Assembly (NCBI GenBank): GCA_965652295.1
Contig: CBFGTS010000018.1
Location: 1 to 64,000, forward strand
DNA: 64,000 bases
Source: an uncultured Haloferula sp.
GTDB taxonomy: Bacteria > Verrucomicrobiota > Verrucomicrobiia > Verrucomicrobiales > Akkermansiaceae
Reading direction: 5' to 3'
Shown: positions 59,909-64,000 of the stretch, one piece after another
Position numbering within the stretch: position 1 is the first letter of the stretch
Layout of the letters: each line of letters opens with the position of its first letter
Translations under genes and position numbers: made by a program
The notes under the pieces: model-generated
Databases searched by the model: none
Told to the model about the DNA's origin: nothing
Seen by the model: the letters and a program-made list of their open reading frames with translations, nothing else

Positions 59909-60892
59909 ATGCATATCCGTCCCCGCCGCAACCGCCGCACCGTCGCGATCCGTTCGCTGGTCCGGGAAACGTCCCTCAGTCCGTCCGACTTCATTCAGCC
60001 ACTGTTCGTTCACGAGGGCGATGAGGATGTGCCGATCGCTTCGATGCCGGGCTGCACCCGTTGGTCGCTCCGCGGGCTGGTGGCGGAGGCGCGTGAAGTG
60101 TTCGAGGCAGGGGTGCCGGCGGTGGTGATTTTCCCGGCGATCGCCGATGCCCTGAAAACGTCCGATGCCGCGGAGGCCTGGAACCCGGAGGGTCTCGTGC
60201 CGCGGGCGATTCGCGCGCTGAAGGCTGCGATTCCGGAGCTTTGCGTCATCACGGACGTGGCCTTGGATCCCTACAACGCGGATGGCCACGATGGTTTGGT
60301 GGAAACGGACGAGTCAGGAACGGTCAGAATTCTGAACGACGAAACCGTCGGTGCGTTGTGCGAACAGGCTCTCTGCCATGCGGTGGCGGGGGCGGACATC
60401 GTGTCCCCGAGCGACATGATGGATGGACGGGTGGGGGCGATCCGCGGAGCGCTCGACGAACTGGGTTTCGAGCAGGTGGGCATCCTCAGCTATTCGGTGA
60501 AATTCGCCTCCGCCTACTACGGCCCGTTCCGCGGTGCCTTGGACTCCGCGCCGAAGGCGGGCGACAAGAAGACCTATCAGATGGACCCGGGAAATGCCCG
60601 CGAGGCGATCCGCGAGGTGGGCCTTGATGAGGGCGAGGGGGCGGACATGGTGATGGTGAAGCCCGCGGGCCCGTATCTCGACGTGATTGCCAGGGTCCGG
60701 GAATCCACCGCGTTGCCGGTGGCCGCGTATCAGGTGAGCGGCGAGTATTTGATGATCGAAAGCGCCGCAGCTGCCGGCTGGATCGACGGCAAGGCGGCGG
60801 CGTTGGAAGCCCTGACGGGAATCAAGCGAGCGGGTGCTGACATGATCCTGACCTACTACGCCAAGCGCGCCGCGGGTTGGGTGCGGGAATAG
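59909..60892 (+). CDS. hemB: Porphobilinogen synthase
   Basis: RPRRNR, DVALDPY, SDMMDGR, YYGPFR, YQMDP, MVKP, AYQVSGEY. Confidence 0.98.
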   Translation: MHIRPRRNRRTVAIRSLVRETSLSPSDFIQPLFVHEGDEDVPIASMPGCTRWSLRGLVAEAREVFEAGVPAVVIFPAIADALKTSDAAEAWNPEGLVPRAIRALKAAIPELCVITDVALDPYNADGHDGLVETDESGTVRILNDETVGALCEQALCHAVAGADIVSPSDMMDGRVGAIRGALDELGFEQVGILSYSVKFASAYYGPFRGALDSAPKAGDKKTYQMDPGNAREAIREVGLDEGEGADMVMVKPAGPYLDVIARVRESTALPVAAYQVSGEYLMIESAAAAGWIDGKAAALEALTGIKRAGADMILTYYAKRAAGWVRE

Positions 60893-60900
60893 TTGCTGCG

Positions 60901-61776
60901 TTACTCCACGTTCTGGACCTGCTCGCGGATCTTCTCGAGTTCGGCCTTGGCGTTGACCACGTGTTGGGCGATCCGGGCGTCGGCAGCCTTGGAGCCGATG
61001 GTGTTGAACTCGCGATGGATTTCCTGGCAGAGGAAATCGAGGTGCCGCCCGGCGGGCTCGCCACCGGTAAGGTATTCCCTGAATTTCCGAAAGTGGGAGT
61101 CGAGGCGGGTCAGTTCTTCGGTGATGTCGATGCGATCGGTGAAGAGCACGAGTTCGCGCAGCACGCGGTCGTCGTCGGGATCAAACGTGAGGCCGGCTTC
61201 CGCCATGCGCTTGGCGAGTTGCTCGCGGTAGCGTTCGGGTCGGGCTGGAGCCAGGGTGCCGATCGACTGGCGGAGGGATTCGAGAAGTTCGAGGCGGGTG
61301 GTGAGGTCAGCGGCGAGGTCCCGGCCTTCGTTTCCGCGCATTTCCAGAAGCTGCTCCAGGGCGGCTTCCAAGGCCGGTTCGATGGCGGCCCAGGCGTGGT
61401 CGGGGTCGAGCGTGCGGTCGTCGAAGATGACGATGCCGGGAGCACGGAGAAAATCCGCGGCGCACGGTAAAAGCTCACGTCCGAGCTGGTGTGAAAGCCT
61501 GCGGAAAGCCTCTTCGAGGTCCTCGGCTGCGGCGGCATCGACCTGCACGTTGGCGCGGTCGGCGGCGATGGGTTGGAAGTCGATCGATACCTGAAGCCGA
61601 CCGCGCGAGACGCAGGTCAGCACGGCGCGGCGGATGCGGTTTTCCAGCTCGGGGACATCGCGGATGCCCAGAATCACCACCTCCGCCTGTTTGCGGTTGA
61701 CGCCGGCGATTTCCACGGTGGCGGTGCCGTGATCAGTGGTGGCCGAACCGCGGCCGAATCCAGTCATCGAATGCAT
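60901..61776 (-). CDS. yicC: YicC/YloC family endoribonuclease
   Basis: SMTGFGR, DITEELTRL, GRHLDFLCQEIHREFNTIGSK, EKIREQVQNVE. Confidence 0.95.
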   Translation of the reverse strand: MHSMTGFGRGSATTDHGTATVEIAGVNRKQAEVVILGIRDVPELENRIRRAVLTCVSRGRLQVSIDFQPIAADRANVQVDAAAAEDLEEAFRRLSHQLGRELLPCAADFLRAPGIVIFDDRTLDPDHAWAAIEPALEAALEQLLEMRGNEGRDLAADLTTRLELLESLRQSIGTLAPARPERYREQLAKRMAEAGLTFDPDDDRVLRELVLFTDRIDITEELTRLDSHFRKFREYLTGGEPAGRHLDFLCQEIHREFNTIGSKAADARIAQHVVNAKAELEKIREQVQNVE

Positions 61777-61846
61777 GGCCGGAAGTAGAGGTGGACCACC
61801 GGCTTCGGCCAAGGGGAAAGGGGGGAAACCCTTGCCCGGCGGCCGA

Positions 61847-62995
61847 TCAATCTCCGCGGTCTTCTTCTTCGTCGGTCTCCACGTCGAGGACCAGAGGTTC
61901 GCCGCTGCCGGCGGCCTCCGCGGCTTTCCGCTGCTTCCGTTCGTCGAGCCATGCCAGCCAGATGCAGGTTTCGTAGAGGACGTACATCGGGACGGCCATC
62001 AGGGAGAGGGTGAGCACGTCCGAGGTGGGCGTGATCATGGCGGCGGCGATGACGATCGCCAGCACCGCGTAAGACCGGGTCCTGCGCATCATGTCGTAGG
62101 TGAGCAGGCCGAGTTTCACCAAGGCCATGATCACCACGGGAAGTTCGAAGGAGAGGCCGAAGAGCAGGGTGAACTGGGTGGCGAAGGTGATGTATTCGCC
62201 GATCCGCCAGTCGTTGGCCACCCCCATGTCGAGGCTCCATTCGAAGAAGAAGACCAGGGTCTTCGGCAGGACGATGAAGTAGGCGAAGGCGACCCCGGTG
62301 AGGAAAAGGCCGAAACCTACCGCCATGGCCGGCCAGAGGATCTTTCGCTCATGGTGGTGCAAGCCCGGCAGCACGAATTGGAGCACGAAATAGAGCAGGA
62401 AGGGGAACGACACGACCACGCCGGCGAAGAAGGCGAGCTTCATGGAGAGCATGAAGGTCTCGGTCGGCTTCAAGGCGGACATCATCATCAGGTCGGCACC
62501 GAGGTTCGTGTCGGGATCGGCTCCGCTGGCCCGGATTTCATCGAGCAGGGAAACCAAGGCCGCATCGGACCCGGCCTGGCCGTGGAGAAAGCTCTCTTGC
62601 TCCAGTTCCGGCAGGGCTTTCGCGGCGCGGAGAAGCCTCACGGCCTCCACGTGACGGAAGGTCTCCTCGCCGAAATAGGCGAAGAAGGCGGACTTCTGTT
62701 CCGGGTTGAGATCGGATGACCGGTCGAGCAGGTCTTTGGCCCGTTCCCAGACGGCGGGGTCGAGGCTCTCCGGCAGGGTATCGCGCGTGTGCTCCTGCCA
62801 GACTTCCTGAACGGGGGCGCGAAGCAGGTTCATCAGGTGCTTCTGGAGCGTGAAGCAGGCGATCATCGAGATGATCAGGGTGAGCACCACCCGGGTGATC
62901 ATCACCCTCAGATCCTCCAAGTGCTCCAAAAACGGTTTCTCCATCTCGGGGTTCGATTTGTCCCGGAGCTGGAAAACCTTTTTGAGCAAATACAT
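61847..62995 (-). CDS. tatC: Twin-arginine translocase subunit C
   Basis: PFLEHLEDLR, FVLPGL, GLSFELP, ITPTSD, LYE. Confidence 0.94.
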   Translation of the reverse strand: MYLLKKVFQLRDKSNPEMEKPFLEHLEDLRVMITRVVLTLIISMIACFTLQKHLMNLLRAPVQEVWQEHTRDTLPESLDPAVWERAKDLLDRSSDLNPEQKSAFFAYFGEETFRHVEAVRLLRAAKALPELEQESFLHGQAGSDAALVSLLDEIRASGADPDTNLGADLMMMSALKPTETFMLSMKLAFFAGVVVSFPFLLYFVLQFVLPGLHHHERKILWPAMAVGFGLFLTGVAFAYFIVLPKTLVFFFEWSLDMGVANDWRIGEYITFATQFTLLFGLSFELPVVIMALVKLGLLTYDMMRRTRSYAVLAIVIAAAMITPTSDVLTLSLMAVPMYVLYETCIWLAWLDERKQRKAAEAAGSGEPLVLDVETDEEEDRGD

Positions 62996-63169
62996 GGGCG
63001 CGCGGCCGGATACTGCGGGCTGCGCGCGTTCTTTCGCAAGCGCCGAGGTGGGATGGGCGCGCCTTTGCGAATCGTTGAGAGTGTCAAGAAATTAATCGCG
63101 GGTGCATTTCGGGCTTTTCTGATTGACCAGATGTCCATACATCATGGATGTCCAAACGGAAATCTCCCC

Positions 63170-64000
63170 ATGAAATTCCCCACCCCCTCCCTCCGGGCGA
63201 TGCTGATCGCCTGCGCTCCCGCGATTGTCGTAGCCGATCCCGTTCTAACGACTCCGGGCACCGCGACGTGGGAAACCATTCTCGGCGACAACGGGACGAA
63301 GACCATCTTCACGATCACCGACGACACGGTTTTCGAGTGGGAAGGCTTCAACCTCGAGAGCGGCAACGAGATCGTCTTCGACTTCATCGGCGGCAATCAG
63401 GTGGTCAACTACCTCAACGGGGACAACGCCTTCTTTATCAACGGGACCATCACCTCCAACGGATCGGTGAGTTTCTTCAGTCCCTCCGGCAGTCTTTACG
63501 TCAACGGCGACATCACCGCGGCCAACGTCACGCTTTCCACCCTCGATGTGGATCCGGCGGACGTGCTGGATGGAAACGGCTTCCTGATGCAGGAAGGCAG
63601 CGTGATCGGCAACGAGCTGGTTCTGACCGGCGAGGTTCATGCGACCAATGGCAGCGTGCTACTGGCGAGCCGGGAGCTGGTGTTGCAGGGCGGGTCGATC
63701 ATCACCGCCAGCGACGCGGTGAAACTGGCCGGCACGGACCGCGCGCGGGTCCCCGGCTCAGGGGCCGGACGAATGACCGACATCGGCAGCGAGGGATTCG
63801 TTCTCCACATGGGCGCGGCGCATGCCACGAAGATCGAGGTGCGCGCCGGACGGGAGATCCACAGTCACGGCACCCTCGATGCCGGAAAGGGACGGATTTT
63901 CATGGAAGTGGGCTCGGATGGACGGGTCTTTTCCGACAACCGGGCCCTGGTGGTGGGAGATCTTGATTTCAGCGGGACGATCCTGCCGTCTCAACGCGCC
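63170..64000 (+). CDS. Secreted filamentous-haemagglutinin/TPS-domain-like beta-helix protein (runs off window end)
   Basis: Open frame from ATG 63170: MKFPTPSLRAMLIACAPAIVVA-DPV...FEWEGFNLESGNEIVF...VVNYLNG...INGTITSNGSVSFFSPSG; absent from the ORF track. Confidence 0.78.
   Translation, partial: MKFPTPSLRAMLIACAPAIVVADPVLTTPGTATWETILGDNGTKTIFTITDDTVFEWEGFNLESGNEIVFDFIGGNQVVNYLNGDNAFFINGTITSNGSVSFFSPSGSLYVNGDITAANVTLSTLDVDPADVLDGNGFLMQEGSVIGNELVLTGEVHATNGSVLLASRELVLQGGSIITASDAVKLAGTDRARVPGSGAGRMTDIGSEGFVLHMGAAHATKIEVRAGREIHSHGTLDAGKGRIFMEVGSDGRVFSDNRALVVGDLDFSGTILPSQRA

Noticed and set aside
63148..63966. 272-aa ORF listed in the track
   Set aside because: Arg-rich off-frame translation; the plausible gene is the frame starting at 63170.

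Overview
High-GC bacterial chromosomal window whose gene content and style point to Verrucomicrobia (Haloferula/Luteolibacter-like; inference, no search run). The first ~3.2 kb is a decayed integron in the inverted (tandem) arrangement. The intI gene is 5'-truncated and split by a 212-bp CTAG-flanked MITE, and is followed by an attI-like site and two cassettes with GTTCTGC/GCAGAAC core sites. The second attC is cut by an IS4-type element whose transposase carries a 90-nt hairpin-rich insertion inside its catalytic YREK motif. The rest is mostly core and envelope genes: a 2.1-kaa IPT/beta-helix surface protein, ABC ATPase, Hsp33, orphan DNA methyltransferase with a REP doublet and a degenerate nucleotidyltransferase pair, gatB, aroC, a GT4 + PlcP/LpxH-like fusion, purC, a GldF/GldG/DUF4340 module, pdxH, a lamin-tail-domain protein, GbsR regulator + epimerase, AI-2E and SSS transporters, dtd, L,D-transpeptidase, mutM, tyrS, TamA/TamB, K+ channel, two PilB/GspE + PilC + pilin, cysS, hemB, yicC, tatC, and the start of an FHA-like secreted protein. 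No rRNA, tRNA or CRISPR array was recognised. All family assignments come from motif reading, not from database searches.
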